A program made the translations under genes and the position numbers. The notes below the pieces were generated by a model, which had not been told where the DNA came from, did no database searches, and saw nothing but the letters and a program-made list of their open reading frames with translations. Of a DNA stretch of 64,000 bases, positions 26,571-39,450 are shown piece after piece. The first letter of the stretch is position 1, and each line of letters starts with the position of its first letter. Source of the stretch: Camelus dromedarius (taxonomy: Eukaryota); the NCBI RefSeq assembly GCF_036321535.1, contig NC_087437.1, positions 11,224,001 through 11,288,000 on the forward strand, read 5' to 3'.

Positions 26571-26712
26571 CACATACACATACATACATACATATGTATA
26601 TTTTAATGGAGGTACTGGGGATTGAACCCTCTACCTCATGCATGCTAATCATGTGCTTTACCCCTGAGCTATACCCTCCCTGCAAGTGCCCGTTAATATT
26701 TGAGAATAACTC
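26348..26712. mobile_element. MER5A-like hAT MITE interrupted by a SINE and (TA)n tract
   Basis: cagtgattttccaagggtggtgcccagacc...aaatctgtacatcagcaagctctctaggtaattc; resumes tttgagaataact after the SINE. Confidence 0.7.
26503..26680 (-). mobile_element. tRNA-Ala-derived SINE with (TA)n/(CA)n tail
   Basis: ggaggtactggggattgaaccc...gagctataccctccc at 26608-26680. Confidence 0.88.
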
Positions 26713-27457
26713 CTTTATGGTGTCAGGTCCTGGGTGGGGCAGCTGGTCTGTGTTGTCCTCAGTCACTGGGTCAGCTGAGACCTCCAGTGCTCCGTTGTTG
26801 GGCCATGCAGGACCCAGCACGGGCCCTTATTCCTGACTGCAAGCTGTCTCCTGTCAGATTCTCTCTCTCCCTCTTAGCTAATTTCTGTGCCATATGCTGT
26901 GCACGTGATGACTCTGCTGCTCTTGTTTCAAATTGGGCTACAGGAGGTTTTGTGGCATTGTCTCAACTCCAGCTACCTTGAGTCTCTCTGAACCTCACAA
27001 AATTATCCTATCACTTCTTTGTTCCTAGGAGGCTTGGGGGAATGCGTCCACACATGTCCATTTCTCTTATGGGGTCTTGCTGACTTCGTAGCCTTAGTTC
27101 AAGAATGGGAGGCCAGCTCCTCTCTGCTCTGACTGCCCCAACCTTAACTGAAGTTTCTCTTCCTACCATGGGCTCCTAGACAGGGCAGGTGCAGGCTTTC
27201 TTCTCAGGACCTACTGAAATCTGAATGCATTTCACTTCCCATCTCCCCTCAACAATCAAGAGAATGTTTTTTAGTCTCAGGCAAGAAAATTTGCCTTGTT
27301 TTAGAATGACCTCACCTATAGCACAAGCAATCCACCATCAAGGTAGAAAAAAATCATCTTGGGGAAAGACTGCAAATAATATCTTCTCTCCTTTTCACTG
27401 ACAGAGCAACCATGTTGTTTTTAATAATTAATGGAAAAATATAATTAATACTGTGAT

Positions 27458-27988
27458 AAGCCAAGAATTGGAAGCAACCTATATGTCCATTGGCAGATGA
27501 TTGGATAAAGAAGTTGTGGTATATTTATACAATGGAATACTACTCAGCCATGAAAAGAATGAAATAATGCCATTTGCAGCAACATGAATGGACCTAGAGA
27601 TCATCATACTAAGTGAAGTAAGTCAGACAGAGAAAGACAAATATCACTTGTATGTGGAATCTTAAAAAATGGCACAAATGAACCTATTTACAAAACAGAA
27701 ACAGACTCACAGACATAGAAAACAAACTTACAGTTGCCAGCGGGGTGAGGAGGGAGAAGGATAAATTAGGAGTTTGGGATTCGCAGATACAATGGGATTA
27801 GCAGATACAAACCACTAGGTATAAAATAGATAAACAACAAGGTCATACTGTATAGAACAGGGAACTACATTCAATATCTTATAATAACCTGTAGTGAAAA
27901 AGAATGTATGTATGTGTAACTGAATTACTATGCTCTACACAGGAAACCAATACATGTTGTAAATCAATTATACTTCACTTAAACAAAA
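27458..27988 (+). mobile_element. Younger L1 3' fragment
   Basis: ggaagcaacctatatgtcc...atggaatactactcagcc...aaatcaattatacttca; short TSD actgtgat. Confidence 0.9.
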
Positions 27989-28299
27989 AGGACTGTGATT
28001 CATCTTCTTTTAAGAATTTTACCTGTATATGTGTCAAATGCCTCTCTAGTGGTTCCTAGATGCCCCACATCTGGGAAGCCTGGACTATATCCTTTTTTGG
28101 GGTCCTAATTATCTTACAACAATTAAAGTATTATTACCTGACATCAAAGGCACTATAAATATGAGTGCAAATGAATGATTGAAACTTTGTATTTGGTTTT
28201 GAGTTGATCTGGATGATCAAAACTAGGCTTTATATTAAGTTCTGAAATTACTTCTGCAATGAAACCAGAAGTTCAAGAATTTAAAAAAAAATTTATGTA

Positions 28300-28443
28300 T
28301 TCTTAATTGAAGTATAGTCAATTGCAATGTGTCAATTTCTGGTGTACAGCACAATGTCTCAGTCATGCATATACGTACATATATTCATTTTCATATTCTT
28401 TTTCATTAAAGGTTATTATAAGATATTGAATATAGTTTCCTGT
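28300..28443 (-). mobile_element. Short L1 3' end
   Basis: Nearly the same sequence as 19065-19205. Confidence 0.85.
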
Positions 28444-31049
28444 ACAAGAGTTTTTAAATAAAAATTTTGTCTACTTCTGAGAATATGTCCTCAGAAACCC
28501 CAGGGATACTTGGGTTCAAGTTAAGAATATGCTTTCTCTGAATGTCTGGGGTCAGTGGTTTTATATTTATGTGCCACAGACACCATACTTTTGAAATTGT
28601 GGGGCCAAGTGCTCCCTCCTCCCGCCCCAGTTTCCCCTTCTGTGTGAGATAAATTTGTGCATGGTTTCCGGGAGACAGTGTGGTCTTATTTCTGGAGAGA
28701 AAGAAGCTGGCACTTGGACGTGAAATGAAGGAATTCCTGAGAATGATGAGGCTGATTGCAAATGAAATGTTTTTATGACAAGCTAGATGTCACCCATTGT
28801 TGTAAATATGTGACTCGTAATCACTGTTTTGGAGGAAAGAATTGCACCCGCACAGTTTTAGTCTTGCTTATAATCCGCAGTAATGTAGAGTGGCCAGAAT
28901 CTAATCATGCTCGCTTTTGATAGACATTCAAAATCAGCTTCTTCTTGGCTGTAAAGTGTCACAAGGACACCACACAGAGGAAACAAAGAGGCAACAGCAG
29001 AACTTCACAATAGTACAAACCTCCTGCCCCGACTCTTTGTCCACAGCGCTCTTTTCATTCCCCAGAATCCTTCCCCCAGGGGACAACCATGACTTTGGCT
29101 CACACGAATCAGACTGAGTAATGTTGTTCTGAGATGCAGGAGAGGGATCAACTTCTTGCAAAATATTTTTTTTAAAAGTTCTGTTCTTCTCTAATCTATG
29201 AATTGCTGGAGAAACTTTTCAAACTGTCTGTTGGCTCTGATTTTTGGCTACATCATTACTCAAGCCGAGCTGATTAAGACTAATTTGGTCAAAATAAATT
29301 TGTGCTTGGGCAAACAGCTTGTGTGCAGAGTCTCAACAGATGCAATTAAACCAAGATTCATCTAATGATGGAGATTCTTAATAACGACTTTGGGATTCAA
29401 CATAATTCTGATGAACCACCGGCAACATAATGTTCCCAGCATGTCAGGCAATCTGAGAATTTATTTGCTATATTTTTTTTCTCCCTTTAGAGTTGCTTTT
29501 TGATTCTGGCACATTATTCTCTCTGGTAATGGTTTCAAATCAGCCTGTCTGATTCGTGGCTGCACAGAGACGTCTTTCTCAGGAATTAGTAGGATGATTG
29601 TTGGAAAAAAACATCGAGAGACAGATGGTAGACTTTATTTTACTGGCTCATCTGCTCTTGCAGGGAATGATTATACATTCAAAGTACATGGCACCAGAAG
29701 TCGCATCTAACTGAGGTTCCTCTCGCATGTTTCCTTGGGGAGAACATAAAATATAGCATCAGGACCGCTTAAAACCTGGGAAAGTGCAGGGAGCAGGCCC
29801 CCGAGGACATGGTCATGATGTTGCCTGGGGCTGGAACAGAGGTCTGCAAGGTCACCCACTTTGGCACTTCTAGTCTTTGTACCACCTCGTTGTCAGGTGA
29901 GATGTAGTTTGTGCTTGAACACCCCGAGTGATGGGGTCCTCTCTACTTCCACTTTAGACAGTGCGACTGTGACAGAATTATTTCTTCTTTGGGGCTGGTA
30001 TTAACATCTGAGTCATTTCCACTCATTTATTCTGGCTCGTGTGCTTTCGAAGCAACCCAGAACAAGTTGATTTCCTGTCCCACCTGGCAGGTGTCTTGGA
30101 GGTGAGCTAGAATGCCAATTCTTCTGCAGGCTGAATGTTCCCATCCCTTGGATCATTCCCATTTGCAGTGGATTGGTTCCTTGTTCACAAGCTCTCTGAA
30201 TTAGAGGAACTCAAAAGAGAAGTAGTTTAGTTTAAATTTGCTTTACCTACTTACGTGCACAAATAGGATATTCGGTTTCGGGCTCATAAAAATGAAAGAG
30301 GTGTGTTAATTTGGCTTTAAAGTCTAGGGCAGGAGTAGTGGCCACAGAGGCCATCTCTCAGGTTTCCCATTCCTGTCCCGGGCAGCTTACCCTTGGGTCC
30401 AGGCCAGTCTCTCTGTGGACTGTTGACTCACGTGAAGGAGACTCAGTGGCTCTGCACTGGCCCTTTTAGACCTTGCATTGTCCTTCTTGCTCATCACAGA
30501 CTTGGCTTATAAATGCAAGGGTTTCTAGAGAAGAGGTTTCCAGAACTTTGGTGGAGATTCAGGGAATCTTTAGAAGCAGATTTTGCTTTGAGGACTTCGG
30601 GCTGGCTGAACGGATAGACCCATTCCACCAGAGCCTGGTCTCTCCTCTCATGTTTTGGAGTTTCACATTAGGTGCCGTTCCCCGGGAAAACTGGCTTGGC
30701 AGCTCGAAGACCATTTATCACCCAGGACCTTTACCCTTTTCTCTCGTTCCTTCCCCTGGTCATCTCCAGGCTGTTCTGCTTTCATCCCCCTGGTTCTGAA
30801 GCCGTAGGTGGTGTGCCTCACCAGGTACATTCATCATGTAGTGCCCACCAGCCACACGGGAAATACTGTCATGGGGTGTCTTAGGGAAGAGACAGGGAAA
30901 AGATAATTAAGACTTGGTAGTTTTTTAGGGGGAACCTCAGGTGCAGGACTTGAGATAATCATCCTCCTCACTTCATGATGGTTAAAGCCACAAGCCTGTC
31001 ATGACCCTTCTCCTGCTTTATTTCATTTTCTCTCTTCGTCTCTTCCATG

Positions 31050-31730
31050 TAGGTACCCAGTCTAATGTGCTTAGTATACGTCCTTGGTTACATATGGTTC
31101 GCATAAAATATATGGTGCTCCTTTGCATGCGGTTGTGGTTTACATCAGGAGTATGGTGGTGTCTTGTTTCACAGACGTTTCTGTAGGCAGGTCTAGTTCA
31201 GCGTTTCTGTTGCTACAGTGGTTTCCGTGGTAGGAAGCCCTGCACCAGGTGCTTTTCTCCTCTTCCCTGGTTGAGCCTGATTTCAGCTGCCTGGTACTGC
31301 AAAATCTGTGATGCTAGGATGACCTGTAGATCTGTGTGAGAATCTGGGGTGTGTTCCCAGGAATGGAGTCCTGGTTATGCAGAGTCATTGCCGGGAGGAA
31401 GAATGGAATGAAGCAATTTACACTCTCAACAGGATCTGAGGTCGTCATCTTCTAATATTCTTATTAACACTTGGTATTTTCTGTTTGCCTAATTTGTGGG
31501 TGTAAAGCGATGTCAATTTGCCTATTTCTGATTGCTAGTGAGGTGGGGTTCTCTCTCTCTGTACTTGTTAGCCATTTGGGCTGCTCCTTCTGTGAATATT
31601 CTATTTTTCTATTGTATTTCATGTCTTTTTCTTGTGGATTTGGAAAAACCTACCTGTATATTCCTGGTATTAATCCCATGACATTTCAGACATTGCAAAT
31701 ATTGTGAAAAATGTCTCCCTAATGTATCTG
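31050..31730 (-). mobile_element. Old diverged L1 fragment
   Basis: atttgcctatttctgattgctagtgagg...gttagccatttgggctgctccttctgtgaat, antisense ORF2-like. Confidence 0.55.
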
Positions 31731-32070
31731 AGCTTGGTTGCTAATATTTGTCTTCAGACTTTTGCTGTCTTCCTTTAATTGCAGGTGAGAGTGAAAGTTG
31801 GATAAGAGAGGCTCTTACTGCTTTCCTGTGGAAAATTCCACAAGGACCTTCCATTTAGTAACTGAGCCTCATGTCTATGTGCAGTCTTAAATAAATGTAT
31901 CTTCCAGATGTCAGCTAGAGCCCTATCTTCAGAGCCGGGTGAAATTGCATCGAAAAATTCTTCTTTCAGGTTTTGAAAGCAAATAAAGGAGGCCCCCCTG
32001 GATTCTGGGATAATGTATCAAGATCCCCTTTGCTCTGGAGTTCTGTGGTGCCATATCAGGACGCTAGCTG

Positions 32071-32133
32071 GAGATTGACACATTGTGAACTGACTATACT
32101 TCAATAAAAATGTATACATATACCAAAAAAAAA
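32071..32133 (+). mobile_element. Ultra-short L1 3' terminus with TSD
   Basis: gagattgacacattgtgaactgactatacttcaataaaaa plus A-tail; flanks gacgctagctg/gatgatagctg. Confidence 0.7.
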
Positions 32134-33889
32134 GATGATAGCTGAATATCTCCTTTAATTTATTTCTATAAGAAATTCACGTGCACCATACATTTGCCAA
32201 TTTTAAGTTGATTATCTACAGCTGAGGGAGTTGTAGCATGCTGTCCCTTCTTGAAACCTAAGTGTTTGTTTTTATCTTCTCTGTAGCCCCTCAACCTCCA
32301 TTGCTGTAATTTCTCCTTCCATTAAGTAGAGCACTTTGGCTCTCCCCAAACTTAATGACTCAGACCCCAAAATGCTTAGTGAAACAATGTGTCCTCCTGT
32401 TAGACTGACACCACTGGAAGTCAGTTGGGTTATAAATAGGTCGTGCAGAGAGAAATCACTCTTCATTACTGCAACACCAACGAGTGGTTTTGCCATAGAC
32501 ACAACCTAATGAGAGGCGAGGGAGCTGTTCACCAGGATGCACGTGTGCTCTGCGTTAGGGTAGGGGAGTCTCTTTGGAAGGGGAGTGGTAAACATTTCCA
32601 GAGCAGAGTTGCCTTTGCTCATTCTTCAGGCGCTACGTCTTTCTTCTGGTCTTACTGGTGCAGGTTGTGGAAAGGTACATGGATCTTGGGACCCTGTGTG
32701 CCCTGACACTTGTCAGCTATGTGATGTTGGATACGTTGCATATTCACATTGAGCCTCCACGCTCCCACTGTCAAATAAGGGTGCTCACACCTACTCCACG
32801 TGTGATGGATTAAAGGCAATGTAGAGGGTCCAGTACGATTCCTGACTTTGAGCTGGTGTTCATTACATGGTGGGCTCTTACTACACACTCCACTGTGGCA
32901 GTGAGGAACTCTGGAAGGGAGCACAAACACCCAGCCCAATCTCTGGGGTGGCTGCTGGGACTCTTGAGTGGAAACTAAATCCTGAGTGGTATTTTTGTCA
33001 AAGTGCTGGAGAAAATGAAGGTAAATTTCCTGAAATGTTCAACCGAATTCTCACAAAGCAGCTTATTTACCAATGAGTGTTCCTTGCCAGTTTTGGGGTT
33101 CTCTATCTTTTGAAATAATTTATTGTTACAAATACTCTATTTGGCTTTGACTTCAGGTAATGGAAAGAAATCCTAAAAGCTTTCTTCAAGGCTAAAAATG
33201 CTCATGCAAAACATTATAAAAGCCTTAGAATTCAAATAAATGTGCATATCTACAACAAATACGACTGTAGCTTCTTTCTGGGATTCAGGGTGAAAAGTAA
33301 GAAGTGTCTTTCATGTCTCTGTATCTGTTGGGATTTGTGGCCACAGGAATTTTCAAATTTGCTAACTTGAAGATGGTTTACTCTATGCGTCTGCCTCCCT
33401 CATTGCAATTAGTGCAAAAAAAAAGTCTAAAGAAAATAAAGATGATGTTTTCATTCTTTCCTAAAAAAGAAGAGTGTTCATTACAACACCATCTGACTTG
33501 ACATTTCATAGTACTGATTCCAAAAATGTTTGCACCAAAGTGAAGTTTTGTATGGAAAAAAAATTTTCTATTGGCTTCTACAAAATTTCCAGCCAGCTGT
33601 TTATATGGAAAAAAAAACTTGCCCTTGACATGAGTCACCTGTAAGAAAAACTAATATCGTATAATTAAATGAATAGTCTTATTTAGTTGTTTTCAGCTAC
33701 TGTATGAAAATGTATCCAAGTGGACAATTTGTATGACCAGTTTATACTACATGAAAAATTCCTATACATACAAATTCATGATACAGTGAAATATAGGTCT
33801 GGTTGTTGAGCTCTGTGATTCTCTGGTATGTGAGAACTGGTGCCCCCTTTTCCAGACAATCAGTAGAGCTTGTTGGTTGGAGGAACACC

Positions 33890-34380
33890 TGTATCAGATC
33901 ATTGCAGGTCCTCTAAGCTCCATTTATCTGCCCAGGGTCTTTGGTTGTACCTCATTGCCACCTGGGCTGTCACCAACCTGTGGGAGTGGAGATCAACTTT
34001 CCCCACTTGGGGAGTTGCTTTTGCTCTGAAGCATGAGACACCACAGGAGCTGCCCTGTGGCTAGGCATGTACAATCTAGCAGAGGGGAGTCAACCCCATT
34101 TTGATAGTGGGAGGTGAGAGCTGGTAGGTAAATTCGTATTTCCCCACTCCCGCGTGAGCCATCCTGAGATGCAGTGGTTCATGTGGCCCCGGGAAGATGG
34201 CTTTGCAGGATCAGGCAGTCATTTGTGCTCAGTGTGGCCAGCTCAGCCATGCACCCTGATCTTTACTCTCCTTCCCTGCCTCGTTCTCTCTTCCCTCCAT
34301 TCCTGTTTCCTTTGAAGCTGTTATCTCCAGTAAAACTATAGTGTATAAACTCTGCTTTCTGGGGAACCCAGGCTAAGACA
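33890..34380 (+). mobile_element. ERVL solo LTR (LTR16-like)
   Basis: Starts tgtatcag; ends ctctgctttctggggaacccaggctaagaca. Confidence 0.7.
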
Positions 34381-35242
34381 GCTCTCTTCTCATTTTAATG
34401 TAACATTCAGGCAATACCATTTTACTGATACAGACTTCATTTATGATTTCCCAGTATGTGGTGTAAATGGATTCTGTCTTTTAAGAGTATAACATGGAGC
34501 ATTTTCATCCAATAGTTCATGGATCCTTAGAGATACACACCCAAAGTGTATCTGTAGCACTCTACACTTCAGTAGTTAGTACTGCTAAGCTTTGCTTTGA
34601 GTTGAACAACATTTAATGTGTCAGAACTTGTATGCATGAATCTAATGATAACTCCACTTATTTATAAAGCCCTGAGTAGCTAAATATGAAACCAGGATGA
34701 AATATGAAACCAATATGAGCCAACTTTGGCCTCAGGCTTCTCTTCCTTCTAGGTTATTAGAATTGTCCAGGTTTGTGACATGACACCAACTCTGTAACCC
34801 AAATCAAGCCATTAGTTTGGGGTCTTCTTTGCCTGTGTCATGGGGTTAAGAACCAGACCTAGCTGGAATGTATGTGTTAGAAACTCTCCAAAAGAAAACG
34901 AATTAAGTAATTTGTTGGGGGAGGAAATGTGTTCATTAGGGTGGAGTTGAGAGGTACATAATGTAGAGAAGAGACAAATATAAAATTTATACGCAGTCCT
35001 TTGAGCAGAGAGTGGGAAATCTCAGAAAATGGTACTCTGAACAGATCTAGCTCAGGGAAATAATAAATGCTTGCTCTGTCTTAACCTGTCTTGGCCTCTT
35101 TCATGAGCAGGGTAGGATATAAGCAAACACTTCCTTTGGAGCGTTTATTTGGCTCATGTCCTGGCCAGTTGTGCTGAGCTTCCTCTCTGTTCAGGAGACT
35201 CTGTTGCTGCACAGAAAATGGATGTGCTTTCAGACTTAACTA

Positions 35243-35825
35243 GTGGTGTGGACATTTGTTCCTTTGCTTGCTTGCTGTTCCTCCCACTTCTTACAGTAGC
35301 AAGACTTAGAATTTTCTTTGAGGACCCATTCCTGACTCAACTCTCAGTCCAGTTTAGGTGGGGTTGGTCATCCCTCCCTTCCCCCACCCAGTTCCAGGAT
35401 TTCAGAAGATGAAGCTCATTAGCATATCTGTCCTCCTCGGCGCAATGATTGGCTCAGGAGTGGGCACGTGACTCCATCTGGGCCAGTGAGGAGTAGGCTC
35501 AGGATTTTTACGGGAACCGTTGGGGAAAGGAAAGTCTCTTTCCACAGGTTTGGAGCTGTCAAGCTAATCTTGGAGCTACTGGGGGTTGCCATAAGATGAA
35601 AGCGTATGTGAGCACTACATGCAGAAATTTGTACAGAGGAAAATCTGTATATAGAGAGAAAAGGGGCGTGTTCTGATGTGCTGAGTAACTGCCCCCAGCC
35701 ATGCATGACGCCATCTCACCCCTGGACTTTCCAGATATTAGGGACAATAAATTCCCATCAGACTTAAGCCACTTCGACTTCCAGCTTTCTGCTCCCTCAT
35801 CACAGAAAGAGTCCTAACTAACGTG
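35243..35825 (+). mobile_element. Old MLT1-family LTR just past the THRB 3' end
   Basis: gattggctcaggagtgggcacgtgactccatctgggccagtgag...aataaattccc...cttaagcca...gaaagagtcctaactaac. Confidence 0.7.
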
Positions 35826-36243
35826 TTCAGGGAATTGAGGATTGAGACATATACTGATAGCTGGTGTTAGTATAATTCCATGTATACTATTCTGTAACAT
35901 TTTGAGATAAAAAGATGAATGTAGTCCCTTTGGCTGCAGAAACTTCACTCTTCCCTCCTCATCCCATTTATGTGGCCCCTTCCAAAGAGATAGTCTCCCA
36001 TTAGCCTTTTACTTCTCGCCCTCCCCCCATACCCCCTTCCTAGGAAAATTTGCTTATTCTAGTAGATGTTAATGAAACAGATGCCTTTACATTCCTGTTT
36101 TTCTTCCTTTGGAAGCAGCACGATGAGAGGAGCCGGCAACACTGTGCCTATTCTAGAAAATAATAATTTTTAAAGAAAGAGACAGGAAATTATGTCCGTT
36201 ATAAGCTTTTTCTTTTTTCTTTTTTAGAATTGTAGCTTATGAG

Positions 36244-36281
36244 TTTATCTACGCCCGCGATAGTCATAATTACAATTTAAT
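36244..36281 (-). terminator. Candidate distal polyadenylation signals (ATTAAA 36281-36276; variant GATAAA 36249-36244)
   Basis: Hexamers read on the minus strand at the end of the AU-rich UTR block. Confidence 0.55.
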
Positions 36282-37845
36282 ATCTGCATACAAAAGCTAT
36301 GTAAAAATCCATTTTTTCCCAAATATACAAATTTTCTTTTCGGATAGTTTAAAACATTTTGATCACAGATTTCAATAGAGTTTTAGGCTGAAAAAAATAT
36401 TTCCAATCTAGCAATATCACTTAACACTGTTTGCAAAACACAAATCTTCCGATGACGATAAATCTTTCCCTGTTCTGTTGTAGTTTTCTGTTTCTCAGGG
36501 CATGAAAACACAACGGGGAGAAGGGTGTTTTCTCTGAAGAAAGCCTTGATAACTAATTTAGCTTTGTAATCAAATGAAAAATGCCAATTAGAAAGAACTG
36601 AAAGAAAGAAGTGGCATACTGTCAGCTCATTCATGCCCTGATGTCTTCTGTGACAGCAATACACCTGTAATTAAAGTGTCTTCTTTCATCTTACATTGTG
36701 CTCCGTAATTTACATGCGTATTATCCGCATCCTGAGGACAGATTTATATCTGATTGTCTTGTGCATAAGGTGGGTCAGCTTTAACTGTGCAACAGAAAGC
36801 CACAGACAGCATTTTACCTGCACGATATTGCTCTGGAAGGCGGCGTTAATTAAGGTAGAAACACACTAGAAATGCACACTTTTTGCATTTGCAAACATTT
36901 GTACAGCACAGTAAAAATTCTGTGATAAGGCCAAACCTTTTTTTCCCCCTAGTCTCTTTTTTTTTTTTTTTTTGTGTATGTGTGTTTTTAATGTATTTTT
37001 TTTTTAAAGATTAAAGTAAAATGTTTCCATTGTAAAAAATACACACCGGGCAAATCCTTACCTGGATAATAAATATCTACATCACAGTACAATAAAATTT
37101 CTTCTCTATAAAATTTAAATATGGATTATGGTCTATCACTATCAAAAGAAACACGATGCTAATATTTCCATATTATTAAAATAACAGGAAAAATTACAAG
37201 CTTATTTTAGAACCTGATGCCATAGCCACTGGAAAGAGGCAAAGAAATTCAAATGTCTGTGAGCACTGTCCTTTTGAAGAGGAACTGTGACTTGGTTATT
37301 CACTGCCATTCAGTTTATGAAAAAGGTTTAGCCTTACAAATGCTGGCTACATTTCAAAAACCGTTAAGACCAATGTCATATCTTATGACTCATGCAGCAA
37401 AAGGTCAACGTGACACAAAGGGGTTAGAGTTCCGCAGAATAAAAATGGGTCATGGACAGTGACATGCTTTGAGGGCGTCAGCAGTTCATGGAGGCTGCGT
37501 CTGCAGGGGACTTAGTGTCGAAGAGGGAGGGGCCAGGCCTGCCCACCTGTTCACGGAAGGGCAGGGAGCAGGTGATGCCGGAGCAGAGCCGGGCTGGCAG
37601 TCCACCTGGATGGCTGCACTGCAGGAGGGAGGAGGGGCCACTAGGGCACAGGTGAGGGGCATCACTGGGCTGAGGCATCAACACGGCAAGTGTGTCATTG
37701 AAGACCGAGGCTCCTTTGACTAGGAGAAACTCGGAGGCGGCACGTGGTGTTTTGAGCAGAATCATAAAGACGAAAAGATCTTACTTTTTTCACTATTTCT
37801 AGAAACACTGCACATCTAATTGAAGAGCAAAGTACACTTGAGGGA

Positions 37846-37903
37846 CACACACACACACACACACATACACACACACATACACACACACAAACACACACAT
37901 ACA
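37846..37903. repeat. Interrupted (CA)n microsatellite in the THRB 3'UTR
   Basis: Directly visible; reads (GU)n in the mRNA. Confidence 0.92.
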
Positions 37904-39444
37904 CCACTCATCCCCAAAAGGTAAGTGATTTATAAATAGGAATCCCAGTTGTACGGCGTGTTCTCTTCTGCTAGGATGTCTCCCCACGGTGAGGGGTTTC
38001 AGTCAGTCCACGTTTGATTTGAAAGTCTGGACAACATAGGAAAACATATTAAAAAAAAATCCAGAGCAAATCTCTCCTGATCGCGTCTAATGGGATGGAG
38101 GCTTGAGATGCATTGAGTACCTCAGTCAGTTCTGGAAGGAATGAGTCACTTTGACCACTGGGGCTGTGATCCTTTCAGTCCTTACAGCCTTTCCTTTCAG
38201 CCTGAAGTACTTTTAAGGCTTGTCCTCTTCAGCACGAGATAGCCAGCTTCAACAAGATTTTGAGATCCACAGTTTGCCTGTTTCAGGCACTCATGTAAGG
38301 AGGCGAGGACCCATACACGCATTTGGGGCTGGCTGGGTCATCAGAGGTCTGCCATGCCATTTGGCCAGTGGCCAATCATGGTTCATCCCTCAGGCTTTCT
38401 GATGCAGCTTTAGACCAGACTCTGTACTCACACTGAATCTGGGGGTGTCCGATTCCGGGGAAATCTCTGTCAAACAAACTGAGCAGCCTCTCCTGGGGAG
38501 ACTTGCTGCCCGAGGGGTCTCTGAACCTCCAGTGCCCGCCTGCTGGCCTTCCTCTCCTTCTGAGGGAAAATGTGCCCCACAGCGGACAGCTTCTCAGAGT
38601 TACCCCGGGGCAGAGATGGTGCTGAAGCACTTGTGTTTCAGAGAGTACTTCTCCAAGGAGAGTCAACAGAGGGAGCTGAGATGTTACCAAAGTGAGGACC
38701 TTAAAGAGGCTGCTAGAGAAAACCAACCCCAAAAGTGTCTGTAGATAAGTCAGAGCAGGTTATCTGCCCGTGAACTTCATGCGCACAATTTTAACATCTT
38801 CACCTACTTCCTGTCTCTGGTTAGCAAGTTCCATAGCGCCGTTCTTGTGTTCTTTCCCCAGAAGCCAGTATAATTGCTTTAGCACATTAAATAGATACAT
38901 TTCCTCCCAGGTTATCTCCGGTCACACTTGGCATTTTTTAATGCTGTTCCTCTCCTTTTTCCAAGGCCTCCCTGCCTTCCTCTAAATAACTGATGAGTAC
39001 TATGTCAACTCCTGATTTTGAATCAATACAGAAATACACTTTCCTTAACTGTAAAGAGGGCGTAATCTCTGTCTAATGTAAAGTCACAAATCTGAATATG
39101 AAAGCGACCATCAAAAGGACCTGATTCCACTACCCTCCTCCTGAAATTGGTACAATATTAAGGATGGGAAAGATTTTGGAGTTCATGACTTACATATTTC
39201 AGGTGAAAAAAAACCAAGAATCAAGGTCATAAATCTACCCGTTGGCAGCACAAACTAGAACTCAGGCATCCTGACTTCTGGGCCAGTTAGAAAAACAGAA
39301 TTAATCCATGTGGTTTTTAGGCAAGTTTCACTGATATGGCTTATTTTCCCACATAACTTCCAGGATAAGGCAGTACAAGGCGGGCAGAGGAGCAGTTTAT
39401 GTCCCCCATGCCAGTGAAGAATGAGATACATTCAATTGCATGGG

Positions 39445-39450
39445 TTTATT
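39445..39450 (-). terminator. Candidate proximal polyadenylation signal AATAAA
   Basis: tttatt on the plus strand, about 1.4 kb after the THRB stop codon. Confidence 0.3.

Noticed and set aside
39221..39229. TCAAGGTCA nuclear-receptor half-site and other scattered AGGTCA motifs as autoregulatory TREs
   Set aside because: No convincing DR4 or palindromic pair found; many AGGTCA hits are MIR-derived.
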